Assembly: GCA_963652495.1 (NCBI GenBank)
Contig: CAVJTU010000005.1
Span: 1,982 to 65,981, forward strand
Direction of reading: 5' to 3'
Source: an uncultured Oscillospiraceae bacterium
GTDB lineage: Bacteria; Bacillota; Clostridia; Lachnospirales; Lachnospiraceae
DNA: 64,000 nt
Numbering within the stretch: the first letter of the stretch is position 1; each line of letters starts with the position of its first letter. Shown in pieces: positions 1 to 9,647 of the stretch. The translations under genes and the position numbers were made by a program. Under the pieces are notes generated by a model. The model had not been told where the DNA came from, searched no databases, and saw only the letters and a program-made list of their open reading frames with translations.

Positions 1-22
1 GACATTGTCAGGAATATCTGAA

Positions 23-1387
23 ATGTCGAAAAATCCACTTCGGCAGATAAAAAAGTGGATGGCAGCCACCGCCGCAGCGACCATGATGCTGCCGGGTGCG
101 ATGGCTGTACCGGCTGTTGAAACCACACAGAGCGATCTGCCACAGGAAGAATTGACCGTTCATTTCATTGATGTCGGTCAGGGACTTGCAATCATGGCTC
201 AGGCTGGAGATGACGTGCTGGTATACGATGGCGGAAATTCCGATGCCGCATCTTATTTTGTTTCGTATTTACAGCAGGAAGGCGTTGAGGATATTGACTA
301 TATGATCGCGTCCCACTACGATGCCGATCATTTAAATGGTCTTGTCGGCGCACTTTGTGCATTTGATACCGAGACAATTATCGCACCGGATTACGAGCAT
401 GACTCTAAAATTTATACTTCATTTTACGATACACTATCGTCTCAAGAAAAAGAAGTAACATACCCGAAGGTCGGTGAAGAGTACCCCTTTGGCGAGGGCA
501 GCTTTACCATTCTTGGACCGACACAGATTCAGGATGATTCCAATAACAATTCCGTGGTGATTCGTCTTGACTACGGCGAGACTTCATTTTTGCTTACAGG
601 CGATGCCGAAGCCAAGGAAGAAAAGGACATCATTGCGGCAAACGAAGATCTGGACTGTGATGTATTGTCAGTTGGTCATCATGGTTCCGCAAGTTCTACC
701 AGCTGGGATTTTCTGGAAGCTGTTCTTCCGGAATATGCAGTCATTTCCTGTGGTGTGAACAATTCCTACGGCCATCCAGACCCAGATACCATTGAAAAAT
801 TAGAGTCTGTTGAGGCACAAATTTTCAGAACCGATCTTCAGGGAAACATCATTGCCGTATCCGATGGTGAGACCATCACATGGAATAATGCGCCGAGCAA
901 CGGTGAAGTGCTGTACGCAGCAGATTTTGTATCGGTAAGGGAAGAGCCAAACGATACAAGCAATACCGTCGGGGAACTTGGACCGGGCAATCAGATTCAG
1001 GTATTAAACCGCGATGACGATGGTTGGGCAACAATCATATTTAATGGTGCGACGACCTACATTCCGACATCCTACTTAAGTGACACGGATCCGCAGGCAC
1101 AAACACAGGCAGTAAAACAGGCTCAGGAGACGCAAGCACAGCCGCAGACGCAAGCACAGCCGCAGACGCAGGCACCGTCCACGCAGCCGCAGACTGAAGC
1201 ACCGACACAACCACCACAGACCGAGGCCCCAACTCAGCCGGTAGGCAATATGGTATGGCTGTCTGCAACTGGTTCAAAATATCACAGCAGAAACAACTGT
1301 GGAAATATGAATCCGGCGAATGCGTATCAGGTGACAGAATCGGATGCAATCAATCAGGGATACGGGAAATGCAAAAAGTGCTGGTAA
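23..1387 (+). CDS. Secreted ComEC/Rec2-like MBL-fold hydrolase with SH3b domain, Q/T/P-rich linker and C-terminal Cys/His metal-binding domain
   Basis: HFIDVGQG, SHYDADH, NNNS, GDAE, GHHGS and YGHP motifs; SH3b-like VSVREEP..GW segment; C-terminal KYH..C..CKKC. Start uncertain (23 or 59). Confidence 0.85.
   Translation: MSKNPLRQIKKWMAATAAATMMLPGAMAVPAVETTQSDLPQEELTVHFIDVGQGLAIMAQAGDDVLVYDGGNSDAASYFVSYLQQEGVEDIDYMIASHYDADHLNGLVGALCAFDTETIIAPDYEHDSKIYTSFYDTLSSQEKEVTYPKVGEEYPFGEGSFTILGPTQIQDDSNNNSVVIRLDYGETSFLLTGDAEAKEEKDIIAANEDLDCDVLSVGHHGSASSTSWDFLEAVLPEYAVISCGVNNSYGHPDPDTIEKLESVEAQIFRTDLQGNIIAVSDGETITWNNAPSNGEVLYAADFVSVREEPNDTSNTVGELGPGNQIQVLNRDDDGWATIIFNGATTYIPTSYLSDTDPQAQTQAVKQAQETQAQPQTQAQPQTQAPSTQPQTEAPTQPPQTEAPTQPVGNMVWLSATGSKYHSRNNCGNMNPANAYQVTESDAINQGYGKCKKCW
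1129..1171 (+). repeat. In-frame 18-bp tandem repeat encoding TQAQPQ
   Basis: gacgcaagcacagccgca x2 plus a partial third copy. Confidence 0.9.
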
Positions 1388-1394
1388 AGTCAAA

Positions 1395-1440
1395 GCAGAC
1401 ATTCGTAATCCGCTTCGATATTTGCTTGATTCGGTTAAAA
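1395..1440 (+). repeat. Dispersed hairpin repeat family A, shortest copy
   Basis: gcagacattcgtaatccgcttcg...ttgcttgattcggttaaaa matches both ends of the copies at 3654-3812 (-) and 53927-54013. Confidence 0.8.
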
Positions 1441-1470
1441 AACAGCAATTAATTATAAAGTCTTAACTAT

Positions 1471-1520
1471 AAAAAGCGATCTTAGACTCGAACTAGCAAA
1501 TCTAAGATCGTTTTTCTTTT
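1471..1520. terminator. Bidirectional intrinsic terminator
   Basis: aaaaagcgatcttaga/tctaagatcgttttt stem between convergent genes. Confidence 0.8.
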
Positions 1521-1537
1521 GAATAATTTTTAAAAAA

Positions 1538-2860
1538 TTAAGATTTTGAATTATCCTTTTGAAGTTCTGCTTCCATTTTTGTAATGTGCTGTTTTAGCAG
1601 ATATAGTGTATCTTCCTTTGAGTAGACAAGACCGCTTTCGGGCAGGGAATGAAAGAAGTCAAGAAACAGGCTTCGTATGGATTCTTCTGTAATATGAATG
1701 TTGCAGCAGTAGGAGCCAAAGACAAATTTCAATGTTGTATAAATATGAAATCCGGTCTGAGGATTGGTATAGATAGACAGATAATTTGGCAGATGAAGCT
1801 GCGTTGGGCGGGCAATCAATCCAAGCACCGTTCCGTTTTCAATTTCGATATACAGTTTTTTTAGAAAATTGCAGACATCCTCTTTATCCAGATGCGGAAT
1901 AAATTCCGCCGGCGAGTCATCACAGATACCGGTCTCAATCAAATCCCGTAAGCCTTCTTCAGTAAAAATGGTATAATAATTGTTTTTTACCTGACGAAGG
2001 AATGAGTAGTGGTGGTCAATGAGCGGCAGATACGGATCAAGCGGCATTTGGGAGCGATTCAAGTATTTTTTGATTATGTCGTGCGTGATGTAGCGTCCGA
2101 TACATGGCTGCGGCATAATGATATGCAGAGAATCCGGTACGGCAGCGGAAATATACTCATTTAATACTTCTGTTACATCTGCGCTGCATTGGGTTAACGG
2201 TTCACACTGGAGCAGTAAATTTTTGAAAAAGCTGCGGTAATAGGAAAGCAAATCTTCTGATTCCAGAATCTGTGCAGTAGACAAATCCTCTGAAAATAGA
2301 ATCAGATAATGTGGCGAAATAATGTAGTATCCCATTGGAGAGAGCGATGCTGCTTTTGGCGTCTCGTGAAAATAATAAGGTTTGTATTGACCGCAGGAGG
2401 CGAGACATAATGGGATGACAGAATGTAGCAATTCCAGATTTTTTGCAGCAGAGTTTGTGCCTGATTCAAAGCAAAGCAGTTCATTTACTGCAAATTTGTG
2501 ACCGTCCAGCCAAAATTCCATAAAGTTGATCGTCAGTTTCAGCCTTGTTGGGAGAAACAGGTAAAATTCAGCATTTTCGGTATGCGAAATTTCATAGATC
2601 AAAACGGAACGGATGGCACTTCTGACAGCAAACTCACCCCGGATCAGATGATCCGAAATAGTTAGTGTGGAAACCTCCGGCGGCGGTGCCATGGAAAAAT
2701 CAACTGATGCCAGATTATTTAACAGGCAGCAGACAGCTTGACGATTGTTGTAGTTTTCCTCGCCCTGAAGCAGGATATCATAGAATTGAAAAAAATCCTT
2801 TCGGGCATCTACAGAAAGGTTGAAATGGCGTGCCAGAGACTGAATGGTTTTGTAGGAAAG
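1538..2860 (-). pseudogene. Probably 5'-truncated conserved hypothetical (regulator-like) protein
   Basis: Long open frame with protein-like composition from about SYKTIQSLARHFNL. The upstream part of the ORF call has no RBS and overlaps the leader of the divergent LytTR gene. Confidence 0.5.
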
Positions 2861-2922
2861 GATTATGTATACTAGGCAATAAGAAAGAGCAAGATAAAAA
2901 ATATGGGGGAAGGTGGTCACAA

Positions 2923-3261
2923 ATGAGAGAACAATTGATGCTGTCAATGCGTCAGACAGTGGAACGAATTGACTGCAATGAAATTTACTTTATGGAAAGC
3001 CGTGGGCATAATGTCTATATTTATACAAAAAGTGGAGAAGTTCGTGTCTGTCGCAAATTGGCTGACATAGCACCTCAGCTTCCGAAATATTTTTATCAAT
3101 GCCATAAAAGTTATGTAATAAATTTACAGAAAGTGAATCGTTTTGAACGAACACAGCTTCGATTGACGGATGGAAGAATTGTGCCGATCAGCCGTATCCA
3201 TCAAAGCGAGATAAAAAAGATCTACGGCTGGTATCTGGAAGGATGTCGCAGCTTCAGATAG
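2923..3261 (+). CDS. Stand-alone LytTR DNA-binding domain protein
   Basis: IYFMESRGH and FYQCHKSYVINL..V, VPISR motifs; RBS aaggtgg; no receiver domain. Confidence 0.85.
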   Translation: MREQLMLSMRQTVERIDCNEIYFMESRGHNVYIYTKSGEVRVCRKLADIAPQLPKYFYQCHKSYVINLQKVNRFERTQLRLTDGRIVPISRIHQSEIKKIYGWYLEGCRSFR

Positions 3262-3356
3262 TATTCCAAATACCAGTGCAGTTCTCATAAATCCTTTTTT
3301 AATAATTTAGTATTCCAAATACCAGTGCAGTTCTCATAAATTCTTTTTTAATAATT
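3259..3356. repeat. 49-bp tandem duplication (1 mismatch)
   Basis: 3259-3307 vs 3308-3356: tagtattccaaataccagtgcagttctcataaat(c/t)cttttttaataatt. Confidence 0.95.
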
Positions 3357-3609
3357 CAGCGATATCCTTGTATCGTCCAATAACTGCTTTATAATTTTCT
3401 CTCTTGTGCGGAAATGTACAATTTGTGCAGTCTTTGATGCCACTTGGGAGGTAACGAAACTGCCCTCCGCATTTTTTGCCGAGCGCATATAGCGGACAGT
3501 AACAGAAAAGACAGTTGAAATTGTCCGGATCTGCTTCTTTGTGACAGGGAAAATATTCACATTCGCGATTGCTGAAAAATTGGTAGTGAGTTGTTTTGGG
3601 TCGTTCCAT
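3334..3609 (-). CDS. Cysteine-rich small domain protein
   Basis: CEYFPCH..FNCLFCYCPLY..C..KDCTNCTFPH signature; RBS aaagga. Confidence 0.9.
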   Translation of the reverse strand: MERPKTTHYQFFSNRECEYFPCHKEADPDNFNCLFCYCPLYALGKKCGGQFRYLPSGIKDCTNCTFPHKRENYKAVIGRYKDIAELLKKNL

Positions 3610-3653
3610 AAAAAAATCCTTTCAGACCATGCAAAAAAGCATGGTCAATTTTA

Positions 3654-3812
3654 TTTTAACCAAATCAAGCAAGTCCCCTGCTTCAATTGCGTGAAGCAAT
3701 AAGCAGTGGGTTGGGAATTGCTTGTATCAGGAGTGGTACAAGCCACTCCTGATAAGCTGCGAAGCAGCTATTCGGTTATGAGCAAGTAGCGAAGCGGATT
3801 GCGAATGTCCGC
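3654..3812 (-). mobile_element. Family A longest copy; non-autonomous hairpin element, possibly IS200/IS605-end derived
   Basis: Stacked hairpins (ccctgctt/aagcagtggg, tatcaggagtgg/ccactcctgata, agctgc-gaa-gcagct); homologous to the 1395 and 53927 copies. Confidence 0.6.
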
Positions 3813-3964
3813 ATTATTTCGTATTTCTTCTATTGTACTCCTATTTTCATCGCATAGCAAGTAAACAATTGCGGGAAATGCTTGAACAATCTTTCGGGTC
3901 ATGGTAAGATGAAACAGGAACAAAAGGATAAGTAAGAGTGAAAAAGAAGAAAGAAGGATCTGAT

Positions 3965-5239
3965 ATGGAAATAAAAAATACGAATGCATTTGAAACATTC
4001 CCGGACGGCACTGTGATCGACGGATGGTTTTACGATACAAAGGCACCTTCACTAGAGAGTCTCGGAAAGCAGTATATATTAACTGCGTATGGTATCCTTG
4101 ATGATGGCAAACTTCATACAAAGGAAATTCAGGCATTGATCGATCAGGCAGCGGCAGAGGGCGGCGGTGTGATCGTAGTTCCGGCGGGAACGTACCTGAC
4201 CGGTGCACTGTTTTTTAAGCAGGGAGTTCATCTGTATATCGCGCAGGGCGGCATGTTAAAAGGAAGCGATGATTGTGCGGATTATCCGATTTGTGAGACA
4301 AGAATTGAGGGTGAGAGTTGTCTGTATTTCTCAGCACTGATTAATGCAGACAGTTTAGATGGATTTGTTATGTGTGGATCCGGAACCATCGATGGAAATG
4401 GTCTGCGTTCCTGGAAGGCATTCTGGCTTCGCCGCAGCTGGAATCCCAAGTGTACCAATAAGGATGAGCAGCGTCCGCGTCTTATCTATCTGTCAAATTG
4501 CAAAAATGTGTGGATTGCTGGTTTAAATTTGCAAAATTCACATTTCTGGACAACACATCTGTATCACTGTGACCATGTCAAATATGTAGATTGCCGCATT
4601 TTCTCCCCGGCGGCACCGGTGAAGGCACCGAGTACGGATGCGATTGACATTGATGTGTGTACCGATATTCTTGTGAAAAATTGCTATCTTGAAGTAAATG
4701 ACGATTCTGTTGTATTAAAGGGCGGAAAAGGCCCATGGGCGGATACTGCACCGGAGAATGGCGCAAATGAGCGTATTTTAGTCGAAGATTGTATATATGG
4801 CTTCTGCCACGGCTGTTTGACCTGCGGCTCAGAGTCTGTACACAATAAGAATATCCTGCTTCGCCGCATTAAAGTAGGCAGCGGAAGCAATCTGCTTTGG
4901 TTAAAGATGCGCCCGGATACACCGCAGCATTACGAATATATCACGCTCGAAGAGATCGAGGGCAACATTACAAACTTTATTAATATCAATCCATGGACAC
5001 AGTTTTATGATCTGAAGGATCGAAAAGACATTCCGCTGTCCTATGCGGATCATGTGACAATGAAAAATTGCAAGTGTGAGTGCGAGACTTATTTTAATGT
5101 GGAGCCAAACAAAGCACAGTATGAGCTGTCTGATTTTACTTTTGAAAATCTGGATATTCACGCAGTTAATGATGGCTTTCAGGCAGATGCGGTAGAAAAT
5201 ATGAAGATTGTCAATGTGAAGGTAGTTACCGAGGCTTAA
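3965..5239 (+). CDS. Glycoside hydrolase family 28 (pectin/rhamnogalacturonan hydrolase)
   Basis: GGGVIVVPAGTYLTGAL, IDGNG, RPRL, STDAID, DD, CGSE, KMR beta-helix motifs. Confidence 0.9.
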   Translation: MEIKNTNAFETFPDGTVIDGWFYDTKAPSLESLGKQYILTAYGILDDGKLHTKEIQALIDQAAAEGGGVIVVPAGTYLTGALFFKQGVHLYIAQGGMLKGSDDCADYPICETRIEGESCLYFSALINADSLDGFVMCGSGTIDGNGLRSWKAFWLRRSWNPKCTNKDEQRPRLIYLSNCKNVWIAGLNLQNSHFWTTHLYHCDHVKYVDCRIFSPAAPVKAPSTDAIDIDVCTDILVKNCYLEVNDDSVVLKGGKGPWADTAPENGANERILVEDCIYGFCHGCLTCGSESVHNKNILLRRIKVGSGSNLLWLKMRPDTPQHYEYITLEEIEGNITNFININPWTQFYDLKDRKDIPLSYADHVTMKNCKCECETYFNVEPNKAQYELSDFTFENLDIHAVNDGFQADAVENMKIVNVKVVTEA

Positions 5240-5326
5240 GATAAAAATGCGAATCAGTGAGCCAATGACGAAAGCGCAGCTATCAATAAAGAGAGATTAA
5301 GAACAACGAAGAAAGGCAGAAAAGAT

Positions 5327-5560
5327 ATGGTAACAGAAAAGGAAATTGCCAGAATCAATGAACTGGCAAAGAAGCAGAAAGAAGGAACGTTAACAGAGGC
5401 TGAGAAGGAAGAACAGCAGGCACTTCGTCAGGAATACCTCAGAGCGATCCGTGAGAATATGAGAAGTTCTCTTGATCAGATGAAGATTCAGAATCCGGAT
5501 GGTACCATCACAAATGTGAAGGATCGCCGTAAGGATTGGCTGAATAAAATTAAAGAGTAA
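5327..5560 (+). CDS. DUF896 (YnzC-like) protein
   Basis: [32 protein letters not shown]. Confidence 0.9.
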   Translation: MVTEKEIARINELAKKQKEGTLTEAEKEEQQALRQEYLRAIRENMRSSLDQMKIQNPDGTITNVKDRRKDWLNKIKE

Positions 5561-5662
5561 CGAAAGATATTCCATTAAAAAGAAAGGATAATTCCTTTTG
5601 GGAAGCAGCAAAACATGATATACTGACAGAGAGGATAATTTATAGAAGGGCAAGGTGATATT

Positions 5663-6793
5663 ATGAATTACAGAAAATTCGGCAACACAGGTGAAAGCAT
5701 TTCGGCACTGGGTTTTGGCTGCATGCGTTTTCCGGAGTTTGAAAAGGATGGAAAGATGCATGTCGATCAGGACAAGGTAGATGAGATGGTGGCAGAAGCA
5801 TACCGTCAGGGTGTCAACTATTTTGATACTGCACCAAAGTATTGCAATTGTAACAGTGAAGAGGCAGTCGGAAAGGCTGTAAAGAGCTTTCGTGACAAGA
5901 TTTTGATCTCGACAAAGATTCCGCTAGATGTCTGTAAAAAGCCGGGCGATTACCGCCGTGCACTTGAGCATAGCCTGGATAAGCTCGGAACCGATCACAT
6001 TGATTTTTATCATTTCTGGGGAATCAACCGCAAGGAGTTTGATGAGAAAATCATGGCGCAGGATCTGTTAGCAGATGCAGCAAAGGCAAAGGAAGAGGGA
6101 TTGATTCGCCACATTTCTTTCTCTTTCCATGATGATCCATCTGCAATTAAGTACATCATTGATCGTTCCGAGGAGCGCGGTATCCCGATGGAGAGTATGC
6201 TTGTCCAGTACAATCTGCTCGATCGAAGCAATGAAGAGATGCTTCACTATGCATCGTCTAAAGGACTTGGAACAGTAGCAATGGGACCGGTAGGCGGCGG
6301 AAGACTGGCAGCACCGACTGAGTTATATGCAAAGCTGACAGGAAAGAAGTCCATTGCGACATATGAATTGGCATTTAAGTTTGTTCTGGGAAATCCGGAT
6401 TTGAACTGCGCACTGTCCGGTATGCAGACACTTGATATGGTAAAACAGAATGCGTCACTTGCGTCTGACAGTACCGGATTTTCAAAGGAAGAGTGGCAGC
6501 AGCTTGGCGAGGCGATGGAGCAGTTAAAGAAGTTCAGCGAACTGTATTGCACCGGATGCAAATATTGTCAGCCATGTCCGGCGGGAATTGAGATTCCAAA
6601 GATCTTCAACATGTTTACCTATTATAATGTGTACGGACTGAAGGAACATGCAAAGAAGATGTATGAGCGTTATACAAATGACGGCGGCAAGCTGATTGCA
6701 GACTGCAAGAACTGTGGTTTCTGCGAACGTCATTGTCCACAGCATTTGAAGATCCGTGCTGAGTTAGAGCGTGTAGAAAAATTATTTCGCTAA
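5663..6793 (+). CDS. Aldo/keto reductase with C-terminal 4Fe-4S dicluster domain
   Basis: LGFGCMR, GVNYFDTA; CTGCKYCQPCP and CKNCGFCERHCP. Confidence 0.92.
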   Translation: MNYRKFGNTGESISALGFGCMRFPEFEKDGKMHVDQDKVDEMVAEAYRQGVNYFDTAPKYCNCNSEEAVGKAVKSFRDKILISTKIPLDVCKKPGDYRRALEHSLDKLGTDHIDFYHFWGINRKEFDEKIMAQDLLADAAKAKEEGLIRHISFSFHDDPSAIKYIIDRSEERGIPMESMLVQYNLLDRSNEEMLHYASSKGLGTVAMGPVGGGRLAAPTELYAKLTGKKSIATYELAFKFVLGNPDLNCALSGMQTLDMVKQNASLASDSTGFSKEEWQQLGEAMEQLKKFSELYCTGCKYCQPCPAGIEIPKIFNMFTYYNVYGLKEHAKKMYERYTNDGGKLIADCKNCGFCERHCPQHLKIRAELERVEKLFR

Positions 6794-6826
6794 CGCTTGC
6801 TGAAAAAAGTTTCCATAGAAGATAAG

Positions 6827-6865
6827 AAAGATCAGGCAGCATTTTCAACTGTCTGATCTTTTTTA
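6827..6865. terminator. Intrinsic terminator between convergent genes
   Basis: aaagatcaggcag/ctgtctgatcttt followed by a T run. Confidence 0.75.
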
Positions 6866-6871
6866 AATAAA

Positions 6872-7462
6872 TCAAATGATGTTGGGGTCAAAAGGTGTTT
6901 TCTCTTTCTTTGGCAGTTTCGCATTGACAAATATACGAATCAAAAGCAAGGCAGCAAAATCCACAGCGGCGGTCGTGATCAATGCGATACCAGAGAAAGT
7001 CCAGGTAGTATTAACGGATGGAAATGGATTTCCAATGATTAGCAAAGCAAATAGAATTGTCAGTGCAGCATTTACAGCACCCATCCACCAGCGCTTTTCC
7101 TTCTGACGGAGAAGATCAATGCTCCACTGGGCTTTATAGAAGCCGGATACTAACAAAAGAACGCCATAAAGAAAAGAGAGCAGCATAAAAGTCTCCCAAA
7201 ACCAGTGAGAGAAACAGGTACAAAACAGACCGACGGAAACACTTGCAAGACCCTTCATCAGGTACAGGCGAGACATCGCTTCAGCAAATGGCTTTCGCCA
7301 GTAAAAGACGATCTGAACGATACCAACGATCAGGCAGATCACACCAAATGCGATGATAATGCCAGCTGTAAAGCCGGTAGGGTTGATGAGCAGCAAAATT
7401 CCTAACGCAAGCTCACAAAGGCCGATCAGCAGATTGACGGAATTTTTTTTCAGGAATGTCAT
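6872..7462 (-). CDS. DUF308/HdeD-like membrane protein
   Basis: About six hydrophobic helices with GILLLINP and GNPF patterns. Confidence 0.8.
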   Translation of the reverse strand: MTFLKKNSVNLLIGLCELALGILLLINPTGFTAGIIIAFGVICLIVGIVQIVFYWRKPFAEAMSRLYLMKGLASVSVGLFCTCFSHWFWETFMLLSFLYGVLLLVSGFYKAQWSIDLLRQKEKRWWMGAVNAALTILFALLIIGNPFPSVNTTWTFSGIALITTAAVDFAALLLIRIFVNAKLPKKEKTPFDPNII

Positions 7463-7595
7463 GAAAACCTCTTTTCTCTGTGCCTTTCGCAGACCGGGCT
7501 GGCACAGCAGCTCATTTTTGTTATGAAACATAGATACAGATGTCTAGATTATAGTGGATAAAATGGAAAAAAACAACTATTTTCCATAAAATGGG

Positions 7596-7624
7596 TTGCA
7601 TTTTAAAAACGTGCAGCGTATAAT
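7596..7624 (+). promoter_or_regulatory. SigA promoter
   Basis: TTGCAT-17-TATAAT. Confidence 0.75.
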
Positions 7625-7775
7625 TAACTTCTAGTGTAGTAAGTTGCACGTGTGAATGCAAAAACAATGCATTTTGTGTTGCTGTTCATGCGAACAGGAA
7701 TCATCTTGTATCGCAGCATTCATACATCATATATAGAAAATATTGGAAATATGCCAAAATGGGAGGAGTATGCAT

Positions 7776-8051
7776 ATGGCAGCAAGAGCAAATAAGGAAA
7801 CTGCAGCAGTTGCAGAGACAAAGGGAACTGTAAAGAAGGCTACTGTAAAGAAGACCAGAGAAGTTTATCTGCAGTGGTATGGCAAGGAAGTTACCGTTAG
7901 CAGCATCACCGCACGCATTGAGGAGATGTGGAAGAAGGAGATGAAGAGAAAAATCTCCGAATTGGTTGACTTAAAGGTATATGTAAAGCCAGAGGAAGGA
8001 AAGGCTCATTACGTAATCAACGGCGAGATTACTGGAAGCATTGATCTGTAA
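7776..8051 (+). CDS. Small basic conserved protein (DUF6465-like)
   Basis: K/A/T-rich N-terminus, then VYLQWYGKE...VYVKPEEGKAHYVING; RBS ggaggag. Confidence 0.8.
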   Translation: MAARANKETAAVAETKGTVKKATVKKTREVYLQWYGKEVTVSSITARIEEMWKKEMKRKISELVDLKVYVKPEEGKAHYVINGEITGSIDL

Positions 8052-8232
8052 TTGGTTGCTCCATTGTAATCTGTGCATTGCAATTTCGTATCAGTATAAA
8101 AATGTAGAAGGCAGGTCTTTGTGTGTACACAGAGGCCTGTTTGTTTTAGGAAAAAATAAAAAAATTCCTACAAAAATGCGATGATGTGTGTTATACTATA
8201 AGAGAACAAGATCCGTAGAGTGAGGTGGACGC

Positions 8233-8670
8233 ATGATCAGTGAGGAAAAGATCCGCATGATGACACAGGCGGCAATGATGAGCAAGAGAGAAGAATGCCG
8301 TGCGATTGAGATTTGCGGGTATCGGAAAAGAGATTATGTGTCTTTTCAGATGATTAAGATCTGGATCAGTTATACCGCAGCTTATCTGCTGTTGACGTTT
8401 ACAGGACTTGTCTGTATGGGAAGCGATATGAAGACGGTTTCAATTTCTGAACGTACACTGCTCACGATTGTGTGTATCTGGATTATTGCGTATCTGGGAG
8501 TTCTGATGGCGGTGCTTGTGACAGCGAGACATTGCTATAGCAGGCGTTACCGTACAGCAGCTGTTTTGGTGCGCGAGTATCGAAAGCAATTGATGGCACT
8601 TGAGGATTATTATACAGAAAGGAGCCAGGCGAATGACAGCTCTGCTGGAGCTTCGGCAAAAAATAAGTGA
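8233..8670 (+). CDS. Hypothetical two-TM membrane protein
   Basis: RBS gaggtgg; two hydrophobic segments; overlaps the next gene. Confidence 0.8.
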   Translation: MISEEKIRMMTQAAMMSKREECRAIEICGYRKRDYVSFQMIKIWISYTAAYLLLTFTGLVCMGSDMKTVSISERTLLTIVCIWIIAYLGVLMAVLVTARHCYSRRYRTAAVLVREYRKQLMALEDYYTERSQANDSSAGASAKNK

Positions 8671-9628
8671 AGTTTACGGCTGGTATGAGGCGTACGTGCG
8701 TGTGTGTACAAAGTGTCTGCTGGCATTTTTAGTATTTTATATGGTTCATCGGCAGCTTGTGAGCAGCATGCAGCCTCGTGCATGGATAGAGGTTGCGGTC
8801 TTTACGATGGTGGCAGTGGTTGTTCCTATTGGGGTGCTTTCTCCTTTGCTGGCCGTTTTTGTGATTATTCATATGGTAATGATCTCTGTTGAGGCAGGTG
8901 CGGTTGCAGCAGTATTTTTTGTGTTTTTGATACTGACATATTTTATATTTAAACCCAAACAGTCGGTGCTGATTGCAATTATGTGTCTGGCAGGAATGCT
9001 GAACCTGACTGGTGCGGCGGCGATTCCGATTGGTCTTTTATGCAGTCCGGCAGCGGTTATTCCGGCAGCGGCAGGCACATTTGTGTATGGTATGATTCTA
9101 ACGCTTCGTCAGAACAGTTCTGTATTGGAGACAGCGGCGGTGCGGCTGACTTCAATGGAAAAGGCAGCTTATTTTGTGAAGATAGTATGGAGCAATGAGC
9201 GGCTGCTGTTACTGGTAGCGGCTCTGATCATTACGGTCATTGTTGTGTACCTGATCCGAAAGCTCCCGTATTCGTATGCATGGGCGATCGCTATCGCAGC
9301 GGGAACTGCGTGTTATGTGCTGATTGTGCTGGTAGGCAATGTAGTATTCGGTGTAACGGTCAATCTGCTGTATTTAAGCAGTTCTGTTTTTATGGGTATT
9401 TTAGTTGCCTGTGTGCTCCATGTGTTCCGATTCCTTTTGGACGGAGCGCATACCGAGTTTTTGGAGTATGAAGATGAGAATTATGTGTATTATGTAAAGG
9501 CGATTCCGAAATATTCCGTTGCCCGCACCGAAAAAAAAGTAACTATGATAACAAGGCCAGGGGAAGCAGACCCGGATGGAGATTTCTCGGAGGATGCGCG
9601 CAGCCTGGATGATTACTTCCACGAATAA
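8633..9628 (+). CDS. Conserved multi-pass membrane protein
   Basis: About nine TM segments; C-terminal EYEDENYVYYVKAIPK. Confidence 0.85.
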   Translation: MTALLELRQKISEVYGWYEAYVRVCTKCLLAFLVFYMVHRQLVSSMQPRAWIEVAVFTMVAVVVPIGVLSPLLAVFVIIHMVMISVEAGAVAAVFFVFLILTYFIFKPKQSVLIAIMCLAGMLNLTGAAAIPIGLLCSPAAVIPAAAGTFVYGMILTLRQNSSVLETAAVRLTSMEKAAYFVKIVWSNERLLLLVAALIITVIVVYLIRKLPYSYAWAIAIAAGTACYVLIVLVGNVVFGVTVNLLYLSSSVFMGILVACVLHVFRFLLDGAHTEFLEYEDENYVYYVKAIPKYSVARTEKKVTMITRPGEADPDGDFSEDARSLDDYFHE

Positions 9629-9647
9629 ACAGGAGAAAGGACGGAAA

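Noticed and set aside
3259..3356. CRISPR array
   Set aside because: Only two adjacent units, no spacer and no cas genes
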